A stretch of DNA of 64,000 nucleotides from Elusimicrobiota bacterium (GCA_019135865.1 JAGVVD010000022.1:108204-172203); one strand, 5' to 3'. Counted from the stretch's first letter, positions 18,910-30,186 are shown. A program made the numbers and translations. The notes: generated by a model from the sequence alone, not told the origin.

Positions 18910-20684
18910 CTCACCATCTTCTCCTGTTCCTTCTTCCGGCGCCGCATCTCCTCGCGCGCGGACTCGGCCGTCACGTTGCCGAGCCGCAGGAAATAGGTGT
19001 GAAAATTGCGCAGGTCGAAATGCTTCTGTTCCGTCGTCCTGAAATAATCGCGCATCTCCAGGACATAGTCCATCCCGAGCAGATGGGTCATTCCCTCCGT
19101 GGGGGCGAAAGAGAGGCGCAGTACCTCCTGTTCGGCCTGGCCGCGGCTGAAGCCCAGGTTCTCCTCGAAGAACCGCACGGATTCGGCGTAATCCATCCGG
19201 CCGGTGTGGAAACCCGCGTCGACCACCGACCTGGCGGCGCGCAGGGTCTTGAGATAGATCCTCATGAACCGGGACCAGTAGGAGGAATAGAAACCCATCT
19301 CCTCGGCCAGCAGTTCGGCATAACAGGCCCAGCCGTTGGACAGGATGGGCTGGCTGGAGACGCGGCGGATGCGGGAGGCGTTGTTCACCGCCTCGTAACT
19401 GCGCAGGTGGAGGCCGGGCAGCACCGCGTAGGCCGTGAGCAGTTCTATCTGCACGTAGCTGAAGCCGGTCTTGAGGACGGCGTCCAGCCTGGGCGCCGGC
19501 AGCGACTGGGGGGGAAGGGAGACGTAGAGTTCCGAGACGCGGTTGTCGTCGAGCGGGAAAGGCTCGGCGAAATAGACGTAGGGAAGCACCGGAGCCAGGA
19601 AGCCCGGCATGTCCTTCATGACCAGGCGCTGCTGCGGGTAAGGCACGACCTTGAACTCGTCGAAATGCTGGTGGGCGCGCTCCGACTCCTCCCGGAATAT
19701 CCTGATCACGTCCTTGAGGTCGGGATGCTCGCGGGGAAGCTTCTCCAGCACGCCGCGCCAGCCGCGTTTCTTATAGAGGACGGGGTCGATGTTGAAGGCC
19801 TCTTTCTTGAGTTCGGCGAGGGAGCGCTTGAAGGCCCCTTTGAAGGTCCTGTAGGCCTTGCCCGGCGTCATGGAGAGCCCGTGCCAGCGCTCCAGGTAGA
19901 AACCGTAGGAATACTCGCCGGCGGCGGGATCGCCGTCCGCCGAGGAGAGGACTTCGTTGCGCAGGAAATCGCGGTAGCGGGTCAGGGCGACCTTGAGCTT
20001 CTCGAGAGCGTCGTCCACCTGCGACTTGAGCAGGGGGTCGTAGAGAGTGTAGCCGCGGAACAGGGGAACGAAATCCGGGACCGTCCTTATCGCGTGATCG
20101 CACTGGCGGATGGAATTCTCCACCCAGATCCTCGGCGGGGAGGCCAGATTGCGCTCGGCCTGCAGGAGCACGTCGGGGATCTGCTTCATGCGGGAGAGCG
20201 CCGCGGCCGCCCGCAGGTTATAGTCCTTGTAGTCGCGGCTGACCACGTCGAAGACCGAGCGCAGCGGCTCCAGATAGTAGTGCGGACGCAGCGCCAGGAA
20301 ATTGGTCTTCTCGAGGTTGTAGATGTCCGTCTCGAGCATCCGGTCGAAAAGAGCGTAGTCTATCGCGTCGGAAGGGTAGAGCGGGCCGCTGTCTATCTCG
20401 TGCAGTTTGGAACGGATCTTGCGCAGCGCCTCGAGCTGGATGTTCACGCGCTCCTGGTTCCGCTTGGTCAGCAGCGCGTCCGCCTCGTGTATGCCGAGCT
20501 GCGTGGCGCGCTCGGGGTCGTACATCTGTATCGTGGCCAGGTACTGGCCGAAGACCTCGCCCAGCCTGGTCTTCTCCAGCGCGCCCTCGACCTCGTGCGT
20601 GGCCAGTTCGCCCTCGTAGGCCGGCAGGGCCCGGGGGAGGAGAAGAAGACAGAACGACAGGAACGCCGCTTTTTTCATCAGCAA
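18906..20684 (-). CDS. secreted DUF885 family protein
   Basis: 592 aa with a signal peptide. C-terminal DUF885 blocks are present: NGWACYAELLAEEMGFY, AARSVVDAGFHTGRM and DLRNFHTYFLRLGNV. The usual HExPGHH motif is replaced by YAVLPGLHL. Confidence 0.7.
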   Translation of the reverse strand: MLMKKAAFLSFCLLLLPRALPAYEGELATHEVEGALEKTRLGEVFGQYLATIQMYDPERATQLGIHEADALLTKRNQERVNIQLEALRKIRSKLHEIDSGPLYPSDAIDYALFDRMLETDIYNLEKTNFLALRPHYYLEPLRSVFDVVSRDYKDYNLRAAAALSRMKQIPDVLLQAERNLASPPRIWVENSIRQCDHAIRTVPDFVPLFRGYTLYDPLLKSQVDDALEKLKVALTRYRDFLRNEVLSSADGDPAAGEYSYGFYLERWHGLSMTPGKAYRTFKGAFKRSLAELKKEAFNIDPVLYKKRGWRGVLEKLPREHPDLKDVIRIFREESERAHQHFDEFKVVPYPQQRLVMKDMPGFLAPVLPYVYFAEPFPLDDNRVSELYVSLPPQSLPAPRLDAVLKTGFSYVQIELLTAYAVLPGLHLRSYEAVNNASRIRRVSSQPILSNGWACYAELLAEEMGFYSSYWSRFMRIYLKTLRAARSVVDAGFHTGRMDYAESVRFFEENLGFSRGQAEQEVLRLSFAPTEGMTHLLGMDYVLEMRDYFRTTEQKHFDLRNFHTYFLRLGNVTAESAREEMRRRKKEQEKMVR

Positions 20685-20711
20685 ATGCCCCCTGTGGGAA
20701 CGCCGGCTCTC

Positions 20712-23090
<2,379 letters not shown>

Positions 23091-23113
23091 AGGTCCTTGC
23101 AGCTCCGGCGTCG

Positions 23114-23719
23114 TTATTTTTTCTTGAAGTCCAGCACTCCGTCTATGATGCCGTAATCCTTGGCCTCGGCGGCCGACAGGTAGAAATTGCGCTCCATGTC
23201 GTCGTGGACCTTCTTCTCGCTCTGGCCGGTGTGCTTGGCCAGTATCTCGGTGAGACGCTTCTTGTTCTCCTGCATCTCGCGGCTCTCTATCTCGATGTCG
23301 GTGGCCTGGCCGGAGATCCCGCCTCCCCAGATCAGGGGCTGGTGGATCATGATGCGGGCGTTGGGCAGCGCGTAGCGTTTGCCCTTGGAGCCGGCGGCCA
23401 GCAGGACGGCGCCGAAGCTCATCGCCATGCCCATGCAGATCGTGGAGATCGGGGCCTTGATGAACTGCATCGTGTCGTAGACCGCCAGGCCCGCCGTGAC
23501 CATGCCGCCGGGGGAATTGATGTAGAGGTTGATGTCCTTGTCCGGGTCCTCGGCGTCGAGGTAGAGCAACTGGGCGATGACCGTGTTGGCCGAAGCCGTC
23601 GAGACGGCCCCCTCGGGGTCGCCGAAGAAGATGATGCGGTCCCTGAGCAGGCGGGAGTAGATGTCGTAGCCGACCATCGCCCCCTGGTTCCATTTCTCTA
23701 TGATTGTCGGGATTATCAT
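23114..23719 (-). CDS. clpP: ClpP-family protease subunit, Ser-His-Asn variant
   Basis: 201 aa that aligns along its full length to E. coli ClpP (recalled sequence). The catalytic Ser lies in [10 protein letters not shown] and the His in IMIHQP. The Asp171 position (ERDRF) reads ERNFY. Confidence 0.9.
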   Translation of the reverse strand: MIIPTIIEKWNQGAMVGYDIYSRLLRDRIIFFGDPEGAVSTASANTVIAQLLYLDAEDPDKDINLYINSPGGMVTAGLAVYDTMQFIKAPISTICMGMAMSFGAVLLAAGSKGKRYALPNARIMIHQPLIWGGGISGQATDIEIESREMQENKKRLTEILAKHTGQSEKKVHDDMERNFYLSAAEAKDYGIIDGVLDFKKK

Positions 23720-23747
23720 TGTTTTTCCTCCGCGCGCGGTGCCGCGC

Positions 23748-25010
23748 CTACTTGGACTCTTCCTTTATCTCCGCCTTGGATTTTATGAAATCCATGGTCT
23801 TGTTTTCCACTATCGAGGCCCTGATATAATCCTTCCTGCGGTCGAACAGCTCGCGGGCCTTGTTCTTCTCCTCTTCGCTGGCCAGCCGGGCCAGCGCCTT
23901 CTGCAGCTCGGCGTCGACGTCCGCGTCGGTGGCCTCTATCTTCTCCTTGCGGGCGATGTTATGGAGCAGGTAGGTGAGGCGCAGGTTGCGCTCGGCTATC
24001 GGGGTGACGCGCTCGGCGAAGGCCTCCTCGCTGAAGTTCTCGTCGTTCTGCATGCGGCGCTTGAGCACCTCCATGAGCTCCTTGGACTCCTCCCTGACCA
24101 GAGTGGGGGGGAGCGACATCGGGTTGTGCTTTATCAGGTGGTCCTCCAGCTGCGAGAGCAGGTCCTTCTCGGTGCGCTCGGTCTCGCCGCGCTCGAGCAT
24201 GCCGCGCACGTTGTTCCTGAGTTCCTCCGCCGTCTTGACGCCGGCCTGCGAAAGGAACCCTTCGTCGAGCGCCGGCACCACCTTTTCCTTGACGTCCTGC
24301 ACGCGGGCCTTGAACTTGAGCTTGCGCCCGCCGAACTCCGAATCGAACTCGACGGTGTCGCCCTTCCTGGCGCCGAGGAGTTTCTCGGCCAGGCCGGCCA
24401 CGGTCTGGGGCGCGGACATGTCCACTATCTCGCCCTTCACGTCGCCGTCGGCGACCTTCTCGCCGTTCTCCCAGGTCTCGTAGTCGACCACGACGAAATG
24501 CGCGCCGGCTATCGGGGCGTCCTCGACCGGCTTGAGATAGGCGTTGTACTCGCGCAGCTGGTTCACGTACTTGTCGACATCCTCTTCGGAGACCTTTTTG
24601 ACGCGGCGCACCGCCCGGATCTTCTCGTAGTTCCTGGGCTCCAGTTTCGGGCTGCACTCCAGCTGGACTTCGAAATAGGCGGTCCCGCCGCTCTCGTACT
24701 TGACGTTCATCATCAGCGGCGTGACGACCGGCGCGGTCTTCTCGGCCCTGATGATCTCGGGCAGGGCGGCCTTCGCGAGTATATCGAGCGCCTCGTCGCG
24801 GACCATGGAGGGGAACTGCTCCCTGATCATGGCCAGCGGGACCTTGCCCTGGCGGAAGCCGGGCAGGGTCACCACGGCCTGCAGGCGCACCAGCGCCTGC
24901 TCCTGGACCTCGGCCAGGACTTCCTTGCCGGGATCGACCGCGTAGACATGGACGCAGCCGTCGGCCTTTATCTTCCTGATCTTGTCTCCGTAAGCGAGAG
25001 TGACGGGCAT
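23748..25010 (-). CDS. tig: trigger factor
   Basis: 420 aa starting MPVTLAYGD, preceded by AGGAGGA. The ribosome-binding signature GFRQGKVP is present. The longer ORF would run through tRNA-Leu. Confidence 0.9.
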   Translation of the reverse strand: MPVTLAYGDKIRKIKADGCVHVYAVDPGKEVLAEVQEQALVRLQAVVTLPGFRQGKVPLAMIREQFPSMVRDEALDILAKAALPEIIRAEKTAPVVTPLMMNVKYESGGTAYFEVQLECSPKLEPRNYEKIRAVRRVKKVSEEDVDKYVNQLREYNAYLKPVEDAPIAGAHFVVVDYETWENGEKVADGDVKGEIVDMSAPQTVAGLAEKLLGARKGDTVEFDSEFGGRKLKFKARVQDVKEKVVPALDEGFLSQAGVKTAEELRNNVRGMLERGETERTEKDLLSQLEDHLIKHNPMSLPPTLVREESKELMEVLKRRMQNDENFSEEAFAERVTPIAERNLRLTYLLHNIARKEKIEATDADVDAELQKALARLASEEEKNKARELFDRRKDYIRASIVENKTMDFIKSKAEIKEESK

Positions 25011-25041
25011 TTTTCCTCCTGGGATAAGTCGAAGAACCTGA

Positions 25042-25059
25042 TGCCAGAGAGAGGACTCG
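25042..25059 (-). repeat. 18-nt duplicate of the tRNA-Leu 3' end
   Basis: The sequence tgccagagagaggactcg at 25042-25059 is identical to 25199-25216, which is the acceptor/T-arm 3' strand of tRNA-Leu. Confidence 0.8.
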
Positions 25060-25198
25060 GCCGCGGGTTCTCTCGTCGCCGCCGCTCCTCGGGCCCCGCG
25101 GCCCTGCCTCGCCGCTGCCGCCTGCCGGCTCGCGGCTCCGGCTTTCGAGTCCTCGCGCGAGCCGAACTTTCGGCTCGCTTCTTGCGCACGATAAATCG

Positions 25199-25279
25199 TG
25201 CCAGAGAGAGGACTCGAACCTCCACGCCTTTCGGCACACGGTCCTAAGCCGTGCGTGTCTGCCATTCCACCACTCTGGC
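25199..25279 (-). tRNA. tRNA-Leu (anticodon TAG)
   Basis: Reverse complement GCCAGAG..CACGG-CTTAGGA-CCGTG..long variable arm..GGAGGTTCGAGTCCTCT-CTCTGGC-A folds as a class II tRNA. CCA is not encoded. Confidence 0.85.
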
Positions 25280-25325
25280 GCCGGATAAAAGGGATAGTCC
25301 GGATTACGCGGCGAAGGCTTCAACT

Positions 25326-25352
25326 AAAAACCCCGTTCAGTAACGGGGTTTT
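25326..25352 (-). terminator. intrinsic terminator downstream of tRNA-Lys
   Basis: A ccccgtt/aacgggg stem with a 4-nt loop is followed by TTTTT on the minus strand. A- and T-runs lie on both sides. Confidence 0.6.
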
Positions 25353-25372
25353 CTCCGGCTGCGCTGTTTTTT

Positions 25373-25444
25373 TGGGCCGTACAGGATTTGAACCTGTAAC
25401 CTTACGCTTAAGAGGCGTCTGCTCTACCGTTGAGCTAACGGCCC
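25373..25444 (-). tRNA. tRNA-Lys (anticodon CTT)
   Basis: Reverse complement GGGCCGT-TA-GCTC-AACGGTA-GAGC-A-GACGC-CTCTTAA-GCGTA-AGGTT-ACAGG-TTCAAAT-CCTGT-ACGGCCC-A gives a cloverleaf with U33 and A37. Confidence 0.9.
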
Positions 25445-25536
25445 GGTGATTTTATTTTACATAAAAAATCCGGACAATGCAAAAACCGGACGGCCGTCCT
25501 TGCCGTCAAAACCCATAATTGCTAAATTAGTCCACG

Positions 25537-27582
25537 ATGAAGACCCTCCCGCTCCTTTCCTTAATATTCGCGCTGGCGGCGCCGGCGGCCGCGGACATGG
25601 AAAGCCCCGGCTCGGTATACCGCGGCGCGCTGCGGTCCTGGCTCGCCGGCCGGCCGGACGACGCTATCGAGGGGTTCAAGTACGCGGCCTTCATGTCTTC
25701 CGGCACGCCGCTCTCGCTGTCGGCCATGCGCGACGCGGCCGTCCTGCTGGCCGAGGCCGGCAAGCCGCAGGAAGCCGTGGCCTGGCTCTCGCGCGCGGAG
25801 ATCGCGTCGGAGGATGACCCTTACATAAACTACGAGAAGGGCTGGGACTTCCTGGCGCTGGAAAAACACGCCGAGGCCCGCAGGACCCTGGAGCGGACGC
25901 TGACGCTGACGGCGGACCCGGACCTTCTGGCCCACACGCGCTTCGCGCTGGCCATGGCGGAGGAAGGGCTCAGGGGACCGTCGGAGGCGATAGAGCGCTA
26001 CCGCGGGGTATACCAGTCGTATCCTTACCTGCTGGTGCCGGCCGCCGTGCGCATCAGCCGCAACTTCGAACTTCTCAAGAAAAGGCAGCATTCCGTGACC
26101 TTTCTGAAGGAAGCGCTGCTTTACGACCCGCGCAACCTGCAGGCCGCCATCGACCTGGCGCGCGTCTACGAAAAAGCGGAGTATTTCGTCCCCGCCTGGC
26201 AGACCTATTACACTCTCTCCGAAATAGACCCGGAGGAGCGTTTTTTCTCCGCCAGGAAGGAGAAGCTGGCCCGGCACACGAAGGGGAACCACCAGAACCT
26301 CCTTTACTGGACGCGCCTGGCCTGGCCCGTGCATACCGTGCCCGTGAAGCTCGACAAGGGCGAAGAGGCGGACATAGCGCTCTTCGCCGATAAGAAAGGC
26401 GTCCCTTCCACGGTCCGTTCGTTCAGCTTCATCTGCAATACCCCCTTCACGATAGAGGATTCGCGGCTGGGAAGGACGGCCGAGGGCCCCGGCGGGGCGC
26501 AATGGAGCGCCGCCTATAATCCCTTCAACCGCATCTACGAGGTCAAGGACACGGCGGCGAACCCGGTCTACTCCACCCGCAACACTTTCCGGATAGTCCC
26601 CAGGACCCCGGGCGGAGTGATCCTGCTGAAGAGCGCCGACCTGGCGGCCGCGGGCGGGGTGAACCGCGGCGACCGGGAGATCACGGGCGAACTGCTCGTC
26701 AACCTCCGCGAGGACGGTTTCGTGCTGATCGACCGCGCGCCGCTGGAGAACGTATTGCCGGCCATGACGGCCCGCGCGTCGGCCGGGGACCGCAATCCGG
26801 AATCCCTCAAGGCGCTGTCCGTCGTCTTCAGGACCCGGCTCCGCGGGCTTAAGGCCTCCATGCGCCACTCCCGCGACGGCTTCCACCTCTGCGACTCCGA
26901 CCACTGCCAGCCCTTCGACGGGATAAACACCGAGACCGCCGAAGCGGCGGACGCGGCCGCCGCCACGCGCGGCGAGATCCTCTCCGGGGCGGGCCTCCTG
27001 GCCGCCGGGGAGTACACGCCGTCCTGCGGCGGCTCCACCGAGAGCGGCATCAGCGACCTCAACCCTCTTCCCGCGGAACTGACCCCGTTCTCGCTTTCGC
27101 GCCATATGCACAAGGGCCCCCCGGACGCCATGCACTGCCTGCCGCCGGACAAGGCCTACGCTTCGGAGGCCAGCTGGACGCTCATACTGGAACCGCGCTG
27201 GATAGAGGACAGGGCCAACCGCGAACACAGGATAGGCAGGCTGCGCAACATACGCACGCTCGCGCGGACCCCGACGGGAAAGGTCGAGGCCATAAGACTG
27301 GAGGGCACCGCCGGGTCGGCGGAGATAAAAGGTTTCGGGGCGATCTCGGAGATCCTGGCCGCGGGCACCCTTCGCTCCCCGCTGTTCACGCTGCGCCCGC
27401 TCTTCGACGGCAGGTTCCCGTCCGCTTTCTTCGTCAAGGGGCTCGGCACCGGCGAGGGACGGGGCTACTGCGTCGCGGGGGGGAAAGGCCTGGCCGGCGG
27501 CCTGGGCTGGAAATACCGGGCGATACTCCGCCATTATTTCCCGTCGCTGACGGTCACCGGCGGCTCCGCGGAAAAGAGATAA
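25537..27582 (+). CDS. SpoIID/LytB-domain protein with N-terminal TPR-like region
   Basis: 681 aa with a signal peptide. The C-terminal part has the SpoIID-type blocks CDSDHCQPFDG, ATRGEILS and YTPSCGGSTES. The terminal GHGVGMSQ-like block is degenerate (GEGRGYCV). Confidence 0.75.
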   Translation: MKTLPLLSLIFALAAPAAADMESPGSVYRGALRSWLAGRPDDAIEGFKYAAFMSSGTPLSLSAMRDAAVLLAEAGKPQEAVAWLSRAEIASEDDPYINYEKGWDFLALEKHAEARRTLERTLTLTADPDLLAHTRFALAMAEEGLRGPSEAIERYRGVYQSYPYLLVPAAVRISRNFELLKKRQHSVTFLKEALLYDPRNLQAAIDLARVYEKAEYFVPAWQTYYTLSEIDPEERFFSARKEKLARHTKGNHQNLLYWTRLAWPVHTVPVKLDKGEEADIALFADKKGVPSTVRSFSFICNTPFTIEDSRLGRTAEGPGGAQWSAAYNPFNRIYEVKDTAANPVYSTRNTFRIVPRTPGGVILLKSADLAAAGGVNRGDREITGELLVNLREDGFVLIDRAPLENVLPAMTARASAGDRNPESLKALSVVFRTRLRGLKASMRHSRDGFHLCDSDHCQPFDGINTETAEAADAAAATRGEILSGAGLLAAGEYTPSCGGSTESGISDLNPLPAELTPFSLSRHMHKGPPDAMHCLPPDKAYASEASWTLILEPRWIEDRANREHRIGRLRNIRTLARTPTGKVEAIRLEGTAGSAEIKGFGAISEILAAGTLRSPLFTLRPLFDGRFPSAFFVKGLGTGEGRGYCVAGGKGLAGGLGWKYRAILRHYFPSLTVTGGSAEKR

Positions 27583-27587
27583 AGCCG

Positions 27588-28730
27588 ATGGCATTCACAC
27601 GGGTACTTCACGTAATAACCCGTCTCGACCTGGGCGGCGCCCAGGCCAACACGCTCTACACGGTAAAGCACCTCGACAAGGAGCGCTTCTCCCCTTTCCT
27701 GACCTGCGGCCTGGGCGGGGAACTGCAGAAGGACGCTCCCGACGGGATCACCCTTCCGCTGCGGCATCTGGTGCGCGAGATACGCCCGCTCGAGGACCTG
27801 CGCGCCTTCTTCGAGCTGCGCCGGACCATAAAGCGCCTTAAACCGGACATCGTGCACACCCATTCCTCCAAGGCGGGCGTGCTCGGCCGCCTGGCCGCGT
27901 TCTTCTCCGACGTGCCGGCCGTGGTCCACACCTTCCACGGCTTCGGCTTCAACGACAGGCAGCCGGCCCCGGTGCGCCTCTTCTACGTCCTGCTGGAGAA
28001 GTTCTGCGCCCGCCTTTCCGACGCGCTCCTCTTCGTCTCTTCCGCCAACATGGCCGAGGCCGAGGCGCGCGGCATCGGGGACAAGGCCCGCTACGCGCTG
28101 GTACGCAGCGGGATAAAATTATCCGAGTACCCAGCGCCCGACCGGCGGATCGAACTGCGGACCGAACTCGGCATACCGTACGGTGCGCCGATGGTCGTCT
28201 CCATAGGCAATCTCAAGCCCCAGAAGAACCCGGGGGATTTCTTCATCGCCGCCCGCCTGGCCGCCGAACGCCATCCCGACGCCGTCTTCGTCTTCGTCGG
28301 CGGCGGAGAGATGTCGGCGGCCGACTGGCGGCTGGCCGAACATCCCTCGCTCAAGAACCGGCTCTTCCTGCCGGGCTGGCGCAGGGACTCGGCGGAGATA
28401 CTCGCCGCCGCCGACATTTTCGCCATGACCTCCCTGTGGGAGGGACTGCCGCGCAGCCTGGTCGAGGCGCTGGCGACCGGCCTGCCCGCCGTCTGCTACG
28501 ACGCCGACGGGGTCCGGGACATACTGCGCGACGGCGTGAACGGCTTCCTGGTCAGGCGCGGTGACACGACCGCCATGTCGGACAGGCTTTCACGGCTCAT
28601 CCAGGACCGCGAACTGCGCCGCCGTCTCTCGGACGGGGCGCGCGCGACCGACCTTTCCGAATTCGACATCGACGCCATGGTGCGGGCGCAGGAGCGCCTC
28701 TACACGGCGCTGCTGGGGGGAAAACAATGA
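27588..28730 (+). CDS. glycosyltransferase family 4
   Basis: 380 aa. The N-terminal motif is GGAQANTL...VHTHSSKAG. The C-terminal motif is SLWEGLPRSLVEALATGLPAVCYDADGVRDIL. Confidence 0.85.
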   Translation: MAFTRVLHVITRLDLGGAQANTLYTVKHLDKERFSPFLTCGLGGELQKDAPDGITLPLRHLVREIRPLEDLRAFFELRRTIKRLKPDIVHTHSSKAGVLGRLAAFFSDVPAVVHTFHGFGFNDRQPAPVRLFYVLLEKFCARLSDALLFVSSANMAEAEARGIGDKARYALVRSGIKLSEYPAPDRRIELRTELGIPYGAPMVVSIGNLKPQKNPGDFFIAARLAAERHPDAVFVFVGGGEMSAADWRLAEHPSLKNRLFLPGWRRDSAEILAAADIFAMTSLWEGLPRSLVEALATGLPAVCYDADGVRDILRDGVNGFLVRRGDTTAMSDRLSRLIQDRELRRRLSDGARATDLSEFDIDAMVRAQERLYTALLGGKQ

Positions 28731-29674
28731 GTCCCGAGCTCTCCGTGGTGATCCCCGTTCTCAACGAGCGGGACAATGTCCTGGACCTCTGGGACTCGCT
28801 CAAGGCCGCGCTGAAACCCCTGGACGGGGACTGGGAATGCGTCTGGGTGGACGACGGGTCCTCCGACGGCACCTGGGAACTGCTCTCCGGCCTGGCCGAC
28901 GCGGAGCCGGAATGCCGGGCGGTATCCCTGGCGCGCAATTTCGGCCAGACGGCCGCGCTCAGCGCCGGCATAGCCGCGGCGCGGGGGGAATACATCGCGG
29001 CCCTCGACGGCGACCTGCAGAACGACCCGGCCGATATCCCGGCGATGCTCGCGGCGGCGAGGGACGGCGCCGACGTGGTCAGCGGCTGGCGCAGGGACCG
29101 CAGGGACCCGTTCCTCTCGCGGGTGCTGCCGTCCCGGGCGGCGAACTGGCTGATCTCGGCCGTGACCGGGGTGCGGCTGCGCGACTACGGCTGCACGCTC
29201 AAGGTTTACCGCGCCTCGTTCCTGAAAGAACTGGAACTTTACGGCGAGATGCACCGTTTCCTGCCGGCGCTGGCCGGTTACCGCGGGGCCTCGATAAAGG
29301 AAGTGCCGGTCTCGCACCGGCCCCGTACGCGCGGGAATTCCAAGTACGGGCTCTGGCGCATCTTCAAAGTGACGCTGGACCTGCTGACCGTGAAGTTCAT
29401 GGGCGATTACCTTACCAAGCCGATCTACGTTTTCGGCGGCACCGGGCTCCTGCTCGGCCTCTCCTCCGCGATAATGGCCGGCTGGACGCTCTACAATAAA
29501 CTGGCCGACGGCGTCTTCGTGAAGGACCAGCCGCTCTTCCTGGTCGCCATCTTCTTCGCCCTCGTCGGCACTCAGTTCATACTCCTCGGCCTCATCGCCG
29601 AGATGCTGATGCGCACCTACTACGGGGCGTCCGGAAAGCCGCCCTACCGCGTCCGCCGCAAAGCCGGCTTCTGA
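28727..29674 (+). CDS. glycosyltransferase family 2, polyprenyl-phosphate sugar transferase-like (ArnC/DPM1-like)
   Basis: 315 aa. The GT-A fold motifs are present (LSVVIPVLNE, VDDGSSDGT, ALDGDLQNDP). Two C-terminal TM helices follow. Confidence 0.85.
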   Translation: MSPELSVVIPVLNERDNVLDLWDSLKAALKPLDGDWECVWVDDGSSDGTWELLSGLADAEPECRAVSLARNFGQTAALSAGIAAARGEYIAALDGDLQNDPADIPAMLAAARDGADVVSGWRRDRRDPFLSRVLPSRAANWLISAVTGVRLRDYGCTLKVYRASFLKELELYGEMHRFLPALAGYRGASIKEVPVSHRPRTRGNSKYGLWRIFKVTLDLLTVKFMGDYLTKPIYVFGGTGLLLGLSSAIMAGWTLYNKLADGVFVKDQPLFLVAIFFALVGTQFILLGLIAEMLMRTYYGASGKPPYRVRRKAGF

Positions 29675-29735
29675 TCCCGGCTCCGGCCGCCGTCCCCGGC
29701 CTCCCCCCGGGATTCCTGGGCCGACGCATCCAATC

Positions 29736-29932
29736 GGTTCCCCGAAGGCTCCCGCGCTCGTCACGGTTCGGGTTTTCCGGGCCCACCCTTCGCTCGTTCG
29801 GCCTCGCAAGAACTCGGCCGTCGCGCATAGCGCTAGGCCTCAAACATTCTTGCTCGTCCGCAGAGCGGTACCCTCTCTCGCTCGGGGGAAAACCCTCCTC
29901 ATGTGACTCGCTGCGGGAGCCTCCGGGGAACC
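29736..29932 (-). repeat. intergenic structured repeat, module 1, copy A
   Basis: The reverse complement aligns end to end with 36561-36759. The termini 29736-29755 and 29913-29932 are complementary at 19 of 20 positions. Confidence 0.8.
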
Positions 29933-29954
29933 GACCTGTTAAACGTCCCATCTA

Positions 29955-30105
29955 AGGAGACAGCCGGGGGAGGCGTACCCTCACCGGAGCAAAACCCTTC
30001 GGAGCCGCGAGCTTGCATAAGCGCGAGCGGCGAGAACGGGAAGGGCGCGCACGGTGTGCGCGACCCTGTTTTTGCGAGGTGAGGGCACGCCATGCCCCCG
30101 GCATA
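29955..30105 (+). repeat. intergenic structured repeat, module 2, copy A
   Basis: It shares aggagacagccgggggaggcg and catgcccccggcat with 53621-53770 (reverse complement). It shares aaacccttcggagccgcgagctt and ggcgagaacggga..ggcgcgcacggtgtgcgcgacc with 52299-52512 (reverse complement). Confidence 0.8.
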
Positions 30106-30186
30106 GTTCTTCGTATTGCCTGCGGATGGGACGGGGGGGGCGGATTGACTTGCGGGCCGATAGTTAATATCTTATACGCTCTTATC

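Noticed and set aside
30133-30140. A G8 homopolymer just upstream of a TTGACT box before yceD, considered as a phase-variation tract.
   Set aside because: The -10 partner is poor (TATCTT). The tract lies outside the spacer, and a single G8 in a 65% GC genome is not unusual. There is no evidence of variability from one sequence.
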